From assembly GCF_000485595.1 (NCBI RefSeq), contig NW_014577090.1:678432-699694 (forward strand): a stretch of DNA of 21,263 bases, written 5' to 3'. This stretch comes from Priapulus caudatus (lineage: Eukaryota). This document shows positions 10,001 to 18,207 of this stretch, one piece after another (within the stretch, counting starts at the first letter, position 1; each line of letters starts with the position of its first letter). The notes under the pieces were generated by a model. That model had not been told where the DNA came from and did no database searches. It saw only the letters and a list, made by a program, of their open reading frames with translations. The translations under genes and the position numbers were made by a program.

Positions 10001-11713
10001 GAGGGATAGACCTGGATGATGGTAGATGGTAACTAGTTGTAGTTTGATGGATATGGCTATCCTAACGAATCTCTTTTAATAGCAACCTTTTTTAATATCC
10101 TCATAGGAAAAACACTTACTCTAAAATCACAATAAACCTATAAAAATAGGTATCTAGTGGGAACTAGTAGACATAATATATATCAAAAGCACCAACTCTT
10201 GACTTATTACAAATAAATTCTGATAAGAAACTAGATGTGGAATGATGATGGACAATTGAATTGCTTCACTAAACTATAATTGTTTATTAATGAGGTATGC
10301 CAACCTTAGATCCAGATCTGGCAATAGTTCCCAAGTTATCAACCATTTCTTCTTCGGTCATTCCAATCCCTGTATCCTTAATAAAAGAAGACAGAAATGA
10401 GCAACTTGATAACAGTCAAATGGTTAAAACCATAAAACATAAACGTGGTACACTACTGGTACAAGTTAGGAGAATGTAAAGAAGCATCCAAACCTGGATT
10501 GTTAATGTCCTGTGATCTTTATCAGCGCCTATGTGAATCTCTAGTGGAGCTCCAAGGTCTGATCCGATTACTCCTGTCACATGGTGATATCTCAATCTCT
10601 CCATCGCATCATTTGCATTTGAAATAAGCTCACGAATAAACACTTCCCTTTCTGAGTATAGTGACTTTGCAACAATGTCCAATAGCATGCGTGTTTCTGC
10701 CTGGAATTCATGCTTGGCAGCGGGTCCTGCCATGAAAATATAAAACAAAAATGATCATTTATTTAAAATAAGGTTACATATGTAAGATAGTTAACATTGT
10801 AATCATGTATTACAGGGTTCTCAATAGGAATTTATGAAGTCATGTCCAGTAATTCATCTCACATTGCTGACTAGATTAAATTACACTGGTGTAACTGGCC
10901 CTGTACACAGATAAACTTGATCAGTTAGGAGACATATACACATAATTAAGGCATGTTGATGAGGCAATTAAGGCACGTTGGAGCATTTATGAGATGTTAC
11001 AAATTAGCCGAGATCAGACCCGACATGCAATAATGGTCTTGGCCTGGGAGAAGGCCCAAGGATATAAGAGCTGTCCACATTTGCACATGTCGCACATTGC
11101 GAAAATGAATTGTGGATAGCGCTTATATCCATGAACCGGGAGAACCCTAGCCTAGCCTGTAGTATTGTCAATGTTGTGGCGTTATTTGATGTTTTTCTTG
11201 ACACTTTCTTAAACTAGTGTAAAATGTTACCTGTTGCTTTCTCATCATCTTGAATAATGCTGTGGTAATCTTCTGACTTAGCACTTGCTGTACAGAAACT
11301 TTGGCAGTTTCCCAAAACTCGGCTGGATGCCCTCGTAATAGAACTTTGTGTGAATAAATCTATAAAAAAGAAAGATAGTCACAGCTTAGATTGCTGCCCC
11401 TGCTATGGACGACGTTAAATAACTTCTTCCGTCTTTCAAGGACAAACATCGACAGTGGTTCAATTGTGAAAATAAACTTGAACTTGATGAAGTCCAAGTT
11501 GGGCAGTGATGAAACTAAACTGTAAACACGCAAATAGGAATTTCATAATGATAACTGTTAAACCTATAGGAATTTGACTATAAATAACTTACTCCTTGCT
11601 TGAAACGTTGGGGACTTGTAATATTTAACTAATGTACAGGAATTATTCCATGAATATTGACGAAAACGGTTCAGATTGGCGAACAATCGCATGTTCCGAA
11701 TGGAGGCTGCCAT
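3962..11713 (-). CDS. TRAP1: TRAP1 / Hsp75, mitochondrial Hsp90-family chaperone; complete 16-exon gene, 2124 nt CDS, 707 aa
   Basis: Exons 11593-11713, 11231-11359, 10494-10726, 10305-10376, 9575-9738, 9078-9187, 8769-8842, 7206-7482, 6764-6833, 6515-6662, 6108-6235, 5719-5909, 5502-5587, 5177-5322, 4295-4367 and 3962-4063 splice in frame with GT-AG sites. Hsp90 motifs: [64 protein letters not shown]. The N-terminus is Arg/Ser-rich with no D/E in the first 69 aa (presequence-like). No charged linker, MEEVD or KDEL; ends LALEKH. Confidence 0.97.
4295..4367 (-). CDS. TRAP1: TRAP1 exon 15 ([24 protein letters not shown])
   Basis: H.LIKKL motif, donor gtaagt. Confidence 0.92.
4691..4993. mobile_element. 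303-bp MITE in TRAP1 intron 14 with 6-bp target-site duplication
   Basis: TIRs cagacctaccaacc (4691-4704) and ggttggcaggtctg (4980-4993), 13/14 match. Direct repeat ctaatt at 4685-4690 and 4994-4999. Confidence 0.85.
5177..5322 (-). CDS. TRAP1: TRAP1 exon 14 ([23 protein letters not shown]...LQPTLEINP)
   Basis: TRAP1-typical EMGAARHF and LEINP motifs. Confidence 0.95.
5502..5587 (-). CDS. TRAP1: TRAP1 exon 13 ([28 protein letters not shown])
   Basis: WMK..LG...NVK motif, GT-AG in phase. Confidence 0.92.
5719..5909 (-). CDS. TRAP1: TRAP1 exon 12 ([11 protein letters not shown]...EPYDELVL...TSVEKE...)
   Basis: SPYF and EPYDE motifs; an alternative in-frame donor at 5689 is possible. Confidence 0.9.
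6108..6235 (-). CDS. TRAP1: TRAP1 exon 11 ([12 protein letters not shown]...IFYLAAP)
   Basis: KLLRF and IFYL motifs, GT-AG in phase. Confidence 0.93.
6515..6662 (-). CDS. TRAP1: TRAP1 exon 10 ([10 protein letters not shown]...FGLFFREGI...GEK)
   Basis: Middle-domain similarity, GT-AG in phase. Confidence 0.93.
6764..6833 (-). CDS. TRAP1: TRAP1 exon 9 ([22 protein letters not shown])
   Basis: Catalytic-Arg loop motif of the Hsp90 middle domain. Confidence 0.95.
7206..7482 (-). CDS. TRAP1: TRAP1 exon 8 ([10 protein letters not shown]...[10 protein letters not shown])
   Basis: Hsp90 middle-domain start, GT-AG in phase. Confidence 0.95.
7777..8618. mobile_element. 842-bp Tc1/mariner (pogo/Tigger-like) non-autonomous element in TRAP1 intron 7
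   Basis: TIRs cagtaaaactcccataagtcgtca (7777-7800) and tgtcgacttatgtgagttttactg (8595-8618), 22/24 match. TA on both flanks; subterminal taagtcgtca repeats; no transposase ORF. Confidence 0.9.
8769..8842 (-). CDS. TRAP1: TRAP1 exon 7 ([25 protein letters not shown])
   Basis: IKKYSN..PI motif, GT-AG in phase. Confidence 0.93.
9078..9187 (-). CDS. TRAP1: TRAP1 exon 6 ([25 protein letters not shown]...)
   Basis: RGTKI..HLK motif, GT-AG in phase. Confidence 0.93.
9575..9738 (-). CDS. TRAP1: TRAP1 exon 5 (GFMQELK...[13 protein letters not shown]...WVSDG)
   Basis: IGQFGVGFY motif, GT-AG in phase. Confidence 0.95.
10305..10376 (-). CDS. TRAP1: TRAP1 exon 4 ([24 protein letters not shown])
   Basis: GHKL ATPase G1 box and lid motif. 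Confidence 0.95.
10494..10726 (-). CDS. TRAP1: TRAP1 exon 3 ([37 protein letters not shown]...TLTIQ)
   Basis: Hsp90 N-domain motifs, GT-AG boundaries in phase. Confidence 0.95.
11231..11359 (-). CDS. TRAP1: TRAP1 exon 2 (...[19 protein letters not shown])
   Basis: Pyrimidine-rich acceptor, donor gtaaca, HSII motif preceding the ATPase domain. Confidence 0.87.
11593..11713 (-). CDS. TRAP1: TRAP1 exon 1 (presequence [20 protein letters not shown]...)
   Basis: ATG in aacATGG context, donor gtaagt, phase matches exon 2. Poorly conserved sequence, so inferred from frame and composition. Confidence 0.8.
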
Positions 11714-11850
11714 GTTGAAAACAACACCATTATAGGTGGCGTTGAGAATTTAGCGAAAAGGATCTATGAATCTTGGGAGTATTAGTAAATACCACCTAGC
11801 AACATTTTGTGTTGTCAAAATTTTCGTCAAGTAGTAGTGATCAGGGTATG
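11714..11850. promoter_or_regulatory. TRAP1 5' region / candidate promoter, possibly shared with IK
   Basis: Immediately upstream of the TRAP1 ATG. Inverted pair TAGGTGG (11733-11739) and CCACCTA (11792-11798); plus-strand donor gtatgt at 11846. Confidence 0.4.
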
Positions 11851-12114
11851 TATTTATTTTGTGTAATCATCAGCTCTAATGTTAGGATTGTTTTGTTGTC
11901 TCTCGTAGAAGTAAACGTGCCAATCGCATCAACATGTGGAAAAAAGGCAGTCAAGGTTATCATGATCTTGGCTGGCCGGGGCCGACTAGTACACAGGCAA
12001 TTGTGACTTGGAGAGCTGCGACTAGGCACAGCTACTGAGCTAGCGCGTCTCCCATGGTACCGAATTCTCTCCCTAGAGGGCCTTATTATTGACCTTACTT
12101 TTAATATAGGCGAA

Positions 12115-12195
12115 TAGGGTTAGGCATTAGGGTTAGGATTCATCGGGGCACGGGGGGAGGGTTACAGAGTAGGATTTGGGTTAGGGGTTAGGGTT
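12115..12195 (+). repeat. Degenerate TTAGGG-like tract
   Basis: tagggttaggcattagggttagg...gggttaggggttagggtt. Confidence 0.75.
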
Positions 12196-12399
12196 TAATA
12201 TGAATTTATACTTAATATGTTAATAATATCGCAGCACATCGAGCGGCCATCACTATCTCTCCCGCATGAAACCATACTATTACGGGCTTCGGGAAGACGC
12301 GCGGTCCACTAGTCAGGCATCCGAACTTGTGAGCGTACTCAATAAACAAAATAGGCCTAGTGGTGGCTACGCGACCGGCACCATTCCGGACCGAGGAGC

Positions 12400-12959
12400 C
12401 GCCTGAGGCTAAACGCGTCCGGGACATTCCATCTCACAACAGCGAGCGATTCGCGACAGCGTACAACGCATTGATTGCGCAACATCAGGGACGCTCCTGC
12501 TCGATGCCGTGCTGTGCTAGTGTGTGTGCGGTGTCGATCGCGTGCGTATGCCGTGCTGCCGTGGAACGAGAGAGAGAGCCCGTCCAAAAAAGAAAAAATA
12601 AAAGCACGAATGGGAAATGTGTAGTGTGTGTGTATGCGTGAGAGAGAGGAGAGAGCTGGGTTCCAAGGACTAGAGAACATGGTCCCAATAAGAACCATGT
12701 CATTTAAAATCATCAATATAAATATACAGAATTACTAATGCAATATAATAGGTTAGGGTTACTGTTAGCAGGTTAGGTTCTTAAGGAAGGGTTTAGGGGT
12801 TAGGAATTCAGAATTAGGGTTAGGTGTTAACGCCACATTGGTTTATTGGGACCCATGTTCTCTATCCTTCGGGCCCCCGAGAGCTGCGCCCGCGTGGTAA
12901 TCGTGTGTGTGTGCAGAGAGAGAGAGAGACGAGAGCGAGAGAGAGACGAGAAGAAGAGC

Positions 12960-13055
<96 letters not shown>

Positions 13056-13200
13056 ATGAAGGAGCGAGAGCGAGACAGCCACGCCCCGCCCCGACGGGCA
13101 GCAGAGGCGTCCTGCTTAGCGCCAATCATGCGTCGTATGCGAGCCGCGGCCGATCACTGGTCGAGGGATGTCTGGACAGTCGCGTAGCCTGGAGGCTAGG
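12400..13200. mobile_element. Composite inverted-repeat (MITE-like) structure with TTAGGG-like core and microsatellite linkers
   Basis: Inner arms 12665-12696 and 12840-12869 (aagga-tagagaacatgg-tcccaataa-acc). Degenerate outer arms about 12400-12500 and 13100-13200. ggttagg-rich core at 12751-12825. Confidence 0.55.
12915..13055 (+). repeat. (GA)n microsatellite, about 140 bp, imperfect
   Basis: Directly visible; it explains the ER/SL-repeat ORFs in the ORF track. Confidence 0.97.
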
Positions 13201-13283
13201 CACGACCATGTTCCGGACAAGGCGGGCTAGGCCACCTTTGAAAAAAAATAGAAGGCAGTGGCTTATTCTTACGACGCAGTCAT

Positions 13284-14287
13284 CAGTCCCTCGCCAAAAG
13301 CAGTCGACCGCGGACATATGATATCTCGGCTGCATTTTCGCACACGGCTCCGACAAGAAAATTTGGCTTTACCGAGACCGTGTGTCCGGTAAACATTACA
13401 TCAAACTATTAAACGCAGAGGCTACAGCTGAGGCGAGTCACAGGCACGTAACCACACACAAGTACAAACAGTCACCGCTACCATCCCATAACACCTGACT
13501 CTAAATCGAACATCCGGCTATCTTATAACCGCAGTTTCATAGTACCGCCATCTCATGGTGTGAGGAAAGCGACTAGAAGAGATTGGTGGTATATGATAAA
13601 AGATAACGAAATGAATACATGTGCCGACGTGTGTGTGAATGCTATCATGGGAATATTGTAGTTCACACGCTTTAAAGCATTAAGAAGGACATGAAATTAT
13701 TTCAATTAAAGGATGCAATAAACTTTAAGAGAGAGAGAGCCATGACGTAAGAGAGTAAATATCATGTGAAAAGCTATGGAATTAAGGAAGCAGCCTACAA
13801 GGAGCCAAATGATATTGGCTATGTCAAGTGGCCTAGGCGCCGATGCTCTCCAAGCAATCAGGCAGCTCAGACCCGGGAAGACAACTAGGTAATGTATTTA
13901 GAATGCTCATCGCCACTGCTAAACGGAGCAGACCGTTGACTGATTATACCTGGATCACACAACTGGACAAGGCCAAAGGCCTAGAAATAGGCGAAACCTA
14001 CATTAATGATAAAGCTGGCCTTAAGTTTATCGAATGCATTGCTGATTGCACGCGTCACGAAATGGATGAAAAAATAAACGATGCTAGCTTTTTCAGCTTT
14101 ATCATGGACGGGTCAACAGACATAGCTGGTGTTGAGCAGGAAAGCATATATGTTAGATATGTCCACAAAGGAAAAGCAACAGAGATCTATGTGAATGTGT
14201 TTTAATGTTTCAATATTTTTTTGGTCCAGTAACATATCATTCGGGACCGAATGTCCAGTGAAGGATTTTGTCTTTTGGCGAGGGCTG
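13284..14287 (+). mobile_element. Internally deleted hAT transposon (1004 bp) with 8-bp TSD
   Basis: TIRs cagtccctcgccaaaag (13284-13300) and cttttggcgagggctg (14272-14287). TSD c(g)cagtcat and ccagtcat. Contains a transposase fragment. Confidence 0.88.
13550..14205 (+). pseudogene. hAT transposase remnant (ZNF862-like): frameshifted TTF-type zinc finger plus start of the catalytic domain, truncated
   Basis: ORF 13843-14205 reads ...AKRSRPLTDY...LDKAKGLEIGETYINDKAG..FI..IA...FFSFIMDGSTDIAGVEQESIYVRY, the pattern around the first catalytic Asp of ZNF862-type hAT transposases. Upstream broken pieces VYDKDNEM and SKYHVKA resemble a TTF zinc finger. Confidence 0.82.
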
Positions 14288-15416
14288 CCAGTCATAACAA
14301 TTATTTATGGACTATTCTTACGACATGCAACGCATAACGCATGATAGTTAATAGTTCCGGTAACGCATGCGCAGTTACAAATTGTTGGACTTGTATATCC
14401 TCCGTATACTTTCCGTATATCAAGGAATGATGCAAAAATCCTAACCCTAACCCCAGCTCCAAGAAACGGTATTGCTAGGGTTAGAATACCGTTTCAAATT
14501 CTTGCCCATAAAAACGTGTAGTTGGCTCGGTATCCAAACATCGACACAGCTAGCGTCGCATGTAATAGCTCAAACGAATCTATAAACCTCTGGCTTGCTC
14601 GCGGTAACTGGGCGCTACTGGGCGCTACTTATTTATCGAGTTATGCCGTATTTTCTGAGATGAATTGGATCAAAACAACCGGACAGCCGCCATGTCCGCC
14701 ATGTTCAGTGCGACTAAAATCGGCAATGGACCTGATTTTCACAGTGCGTAGGTATAACACAAGGCAAGTACATGTCTTCGCAATGATAATTATTAAGTTG
14801 TTGTAGATTGATGTTTCCTGGTTTTCAATGTTTTAATATTTATATATATACGAGTATATGATGCTTATTTATGCTCACGCCAACGCGAGTTGCAACGCTA
14901 TGATATGTTATGTCATTTCGGGTTTTCCGCGTTCCGATCAATAAGCATGCGCAATGGAAACATGGCGGTTGGCGGTTAAGTTGAAATTTCGGTTCGGCTC
15001 TTGAAATTTACACTGTGCACAGCGAACTGAGGTATTAGTTTTAATAACAATGCTGGAATACTGTAACTTATAAGGTGAAGATACTTAATACAAAACAAGG
15101 CAGAAATGCTTGGATGGTTATTTTATTTGAGATATACGTAATTCTTCGGCAGTTTTTGTAGAGGTACAAGATTTTCCAATGGATGGGTGTCAGGCTGTAT
15201 ATTGACGTTCGTCACACAGCCTGGTTGGGTTACCCCAACCCCAACCCCAACCCGAACCCTAACACTAACTATAAACCGACTCGGCTATCTTATATACTGT
15301 CTATGGTATCCCAAACAATATCTATGATGTATAGATAGCCACTCCCCATGTCGTAAGAATAGTCCATAAATAATTGTTACGACTGGTCGTAAGAATAGCC
15401 ACTACCAAAAAATAAT

Positions 15417-16702
15417 GGTAAATAAACACGAAATGTATTTAGTACCAAAGTCTTAATGTTTCTCTACTCTATTTCGCCTATTATTTCCGATAATTACCTG
15501 TAAATTCCGCTCCAATGCTCATCTGCAACACACAAGTACACCGCACGCAAGCCCTCTGCACAAAGTGACAAACAACATGAATAAGAGAGCAGGTGGGAAA
15601 GCCTAAATCGCAAAATTCGCTCGACGCTGGGCCTTCCATTATACTCTCCGCGCAAGGCCGGAAGTTGCAGGGGAGGTATCGGTAATGTGATTCGCTCTCG
15701 TGTTGCGTGTTCGTGTTGTGTGCTGTAGCCAGCAGCGGCCAGGCTGTTATACACTTGTTATACAGTTTACACGGCCGTTGGTGCGATCGATTCAGCACCA
15801 GCTCGCCTTAGTGCATCCAGTCGAGCAGCAGCTCGCCTTAGGCGCGTCCAGTCAGCCAGTAGCCAAGCCAGCGGCAGCTGTTATTACACATGGTATAACA
15901 TGTTACACGCTCGCGGAGGTATGCACTCTCTTTGAGTGCCCTCTGTCTAGTTTCATATGATTACAGAACAATTACACAACCAACAGCCTCCATCTTGGTA
16001 TCTATGTGTAGCTAAATGTTTACTTGTTCGAATTATAACTCTGTCCTTTGTTCTTACCTACTCCCGCCAGAGATATCTCGTGAAATCCTGCAGGAAATGT
16101 TCTCTCCTTGAAAATGTAAACCGGACGAGATGTCTGTTTATACACGAGTAATGGGGCGCATTGCATGCCGGGATGAGCTGCTGCCTGTCTCCGAGCTCCG
16201 TTTCGAGGCCCGCCAAGCCAAGCATAATGCGCGCGGGCATGACGTCACACACACGACTACAGTGATTGGTCGAAAGATCGAGTAGCGCCGTTAGGGATTA
16301 AATTTTCAGATGATACGTCCGGTTTACATTTTCACAGAGAGAACATTTCCTGCAGGATTTTACGAGATATCTCTGGCGGGAGTACGTAAGAACAAAGGAC
16401 AGCGTTATAATTCGAACAAGTGAACATTTAGCTACACATAGATACCAAGATGGCGGCTATTGGTTGTGTATTTGTTCTGTAATCATGTGAAATGAAGCGA
16501 GCGTCAAGCGAATTTTTCTATCACGCTTTCACACCTGCTCTCTTATTCATGTTGTTTGTGCATAGGGCGTGCGTGCGGTGTACTTGTGTGTTGCAGATGA
16601 GCATTTGAGCGGCATTTACAGGTAATTATCGGCAATAATAGGCGAAATAGAGTAGAGAAACATTAAGACTTTGGTAGTAAATACATTTCGTGTTTATTTA
16701 CC
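15417..16702. mobile_element. Foldback element with long inverted arms
   Basis: Outer arms 15417-15628 and 16500-16702, and inner arms 15951-16127 and 16316-16492, are reverse complements with scattered mismatches. 188-bp spacer; the left arm has about 320 extra bp. Confidence 0.88.
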
Positions 16703-16821
16703 TTCATTTTTTTTTTATGAGACGTTCTAAGTGCTTGTGGACTAGTACTCGGCTTGTCTGACACTGTACTGTGTACTTCTGTATGTGCTACGGTAGCCCT
16801 AGCCCGACCAGACTCTACGGC

Positions 16822-18207
16822 TATTTCACGTCGTAGGAGGACTGTTTCATGTCGACTGTTTCACGTCACGTATTGAGAAGCGAGAAAGGTAAAGTGCTGT
16901 GGCTATGGTAGCTGAACAGGATGACTGTTTCACGTCGTAGGACGTGACGCGTAGTGAGAAGCGAGAAGGTAAACTTGTTGCTGTGGCTATGGTTGGCCTG
17001 AAACAGGATGACTGTTTCACGTCATGAACGTGTAGATTAGTGAGAAGCGAGAAGGTACTTGTTGCTGCTGGTATGGTAGCGCTGAACAGGATGGCGTTTC
17101 ACGTCGTAGACGTTGACGCGTAGTGAGAAGCAAGAAGGTAACTTGTGCTGTGGCTATGGTAGCCTGAACAGGATGACTGTTTCACGTCGTAGGACGTGAC
17201 GCGTAGTGAGAGCGAGAAGTAACTTGTGCTGTGGCTATGGTAGCCTGAACAGGATGCTGCGTTCACGTGTTAGGAGTGCGCATAGTGAGACGAGAGGTAT
17301 TGTGCTGTGGGGCTATGGTACCCAGAAGGTGACTGTTCACGTCGTAGGACGTGACGCTAGTGAGAAGCCGAGAAGGTAATTGTGCTTGCATATGGTGAGC
17401 CTGGCCAGGATGACTGTGTTTAGTCGTGGAGTGACGCGTGTGAGAAGCGAGAAGGTAACTTGTGCTGTGGCATGGGTAGCCCTGAACAGGATGACTGTTT
17501 CACGTCGTAGGACGTGACGCGTAGTGAGAAGCGAGAAGGTAACTTGTGCTGTGGCTATGGTAGCCTGAACAGGATGACTGTTTCACGTCGTAGGACGTGA
17601 CGCGTAGTGAGAAGCGAGAAGGTAACTTGTGGTGGCGTATGGTAGCCTTGAACAGGTATGCTGTTTCAACGTATGTAGTTGAAGCGAGAAGGTAACTGTG
17701 CTGTGGCTATGGTAGCCTGAACAGGATGACTGTTTCACGTCATGGAGTGAGTGTAGTGGAGAAGCGGAGAAGGTAATTGTGCTGTGGTTGGTAGGGCCTG
17801 AAAGGGATGAGTGTTTTTTGACGTCGTAGAAGTGAGCATAGTGAGAAGGAGAAGGAACTTGTTGCTGTGGCTATCGGTAGCTGACACGGATGGTGTTCAG
17901 GTCGTAGGAACGTGACGGTAGTGAGGCGAGAAGAGTAACGTGTGCTGTGGCATGGTTAGCTGAGGTATGGACTGTATTTCACGTCGTAGGACGTGACCGT
18001 AGTGAGAAGCGAGAAGGTAACTTGTGCTGTGGCTATGGTAGCCTGACAGGATGACTGTTTCACGTCGTAGGACGTGCGCGGTAGTTGAAGCAAGAAGGTA
18101 ATGTGTGCTGTGGCTATGAGCCTGACAGGTGACCGTTTCACGTACGAACGCAACCGGCAGTCGATAGGACGTGACGCGTAGTGAGAAGCGAGAAGGTAAC
18201 TTGTGCT
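16822..18207. repeat. Tandem repeat (satellite), 83-bp unit, about 17 copies
   Basis: Clean unit 17521-17603: gtagtgagaagcgagaaggtaacttgtgctgtggctatggtagcctgaacaggatgactgtttcacgtcgtaggacgtgacgc. I counted 17 gagaagcgagaagg-like anchors between 16875 and 18196. Confidence 0.96.

Larger units (their letters stand above)
13254..15406. mobile_element. Non-autonomous DNA transposon with about 60-bp TIRs (GG termini, possible 9-bp TSD; MULE- or Merlin-like), left TIR split by a hAT insertion
   Basis: Right TIR 15347-15406. Its reverse complement matches 13254-13283 (ggcagtggcttattcttacgacgcagtcat) and continues at 14288-14327 (39/40 identical to 15347-15386). Flanks aaaaaatagaa and aaaaaataa. Confidence 0.8.

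Noticed and set aside
3962..11713. Cytosolic HSP90, GRP94 or horizontally acquired bacterial htpG
   Set aside because: The presequence-like N-terminus, absence of charged linker, MEEVD and KDEL, TRAP1-specific EMGAARHF motif and 15 spliceosomal introns identify it as TRAP1.
12115..12825. True telomere or chromosome fusion site
   Set aside because: The tracts are short, degenerate and associated with inverted-repeat elements between intact genes.
12824..13321. ORFs with ER/RE or SL repeats, superficially like the RE/RD repeat of protein Red
   Set aside because: These are translations of the (GA)n microsatellite, open in several frames on both strands, and lie upstream of the IK start.
16822..18207. 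CRISPR array
   Set aside because: Units are head-to-tail copies with no unique spacers, there are no cas genes, and the context is eukaryotic.
16822..18207. tRNA tandem array or hammerhead retrozyme
   Set aside because: No GTTCRA B box or acceptor stem, and no CUGANGA core on either strand of the clean unit.
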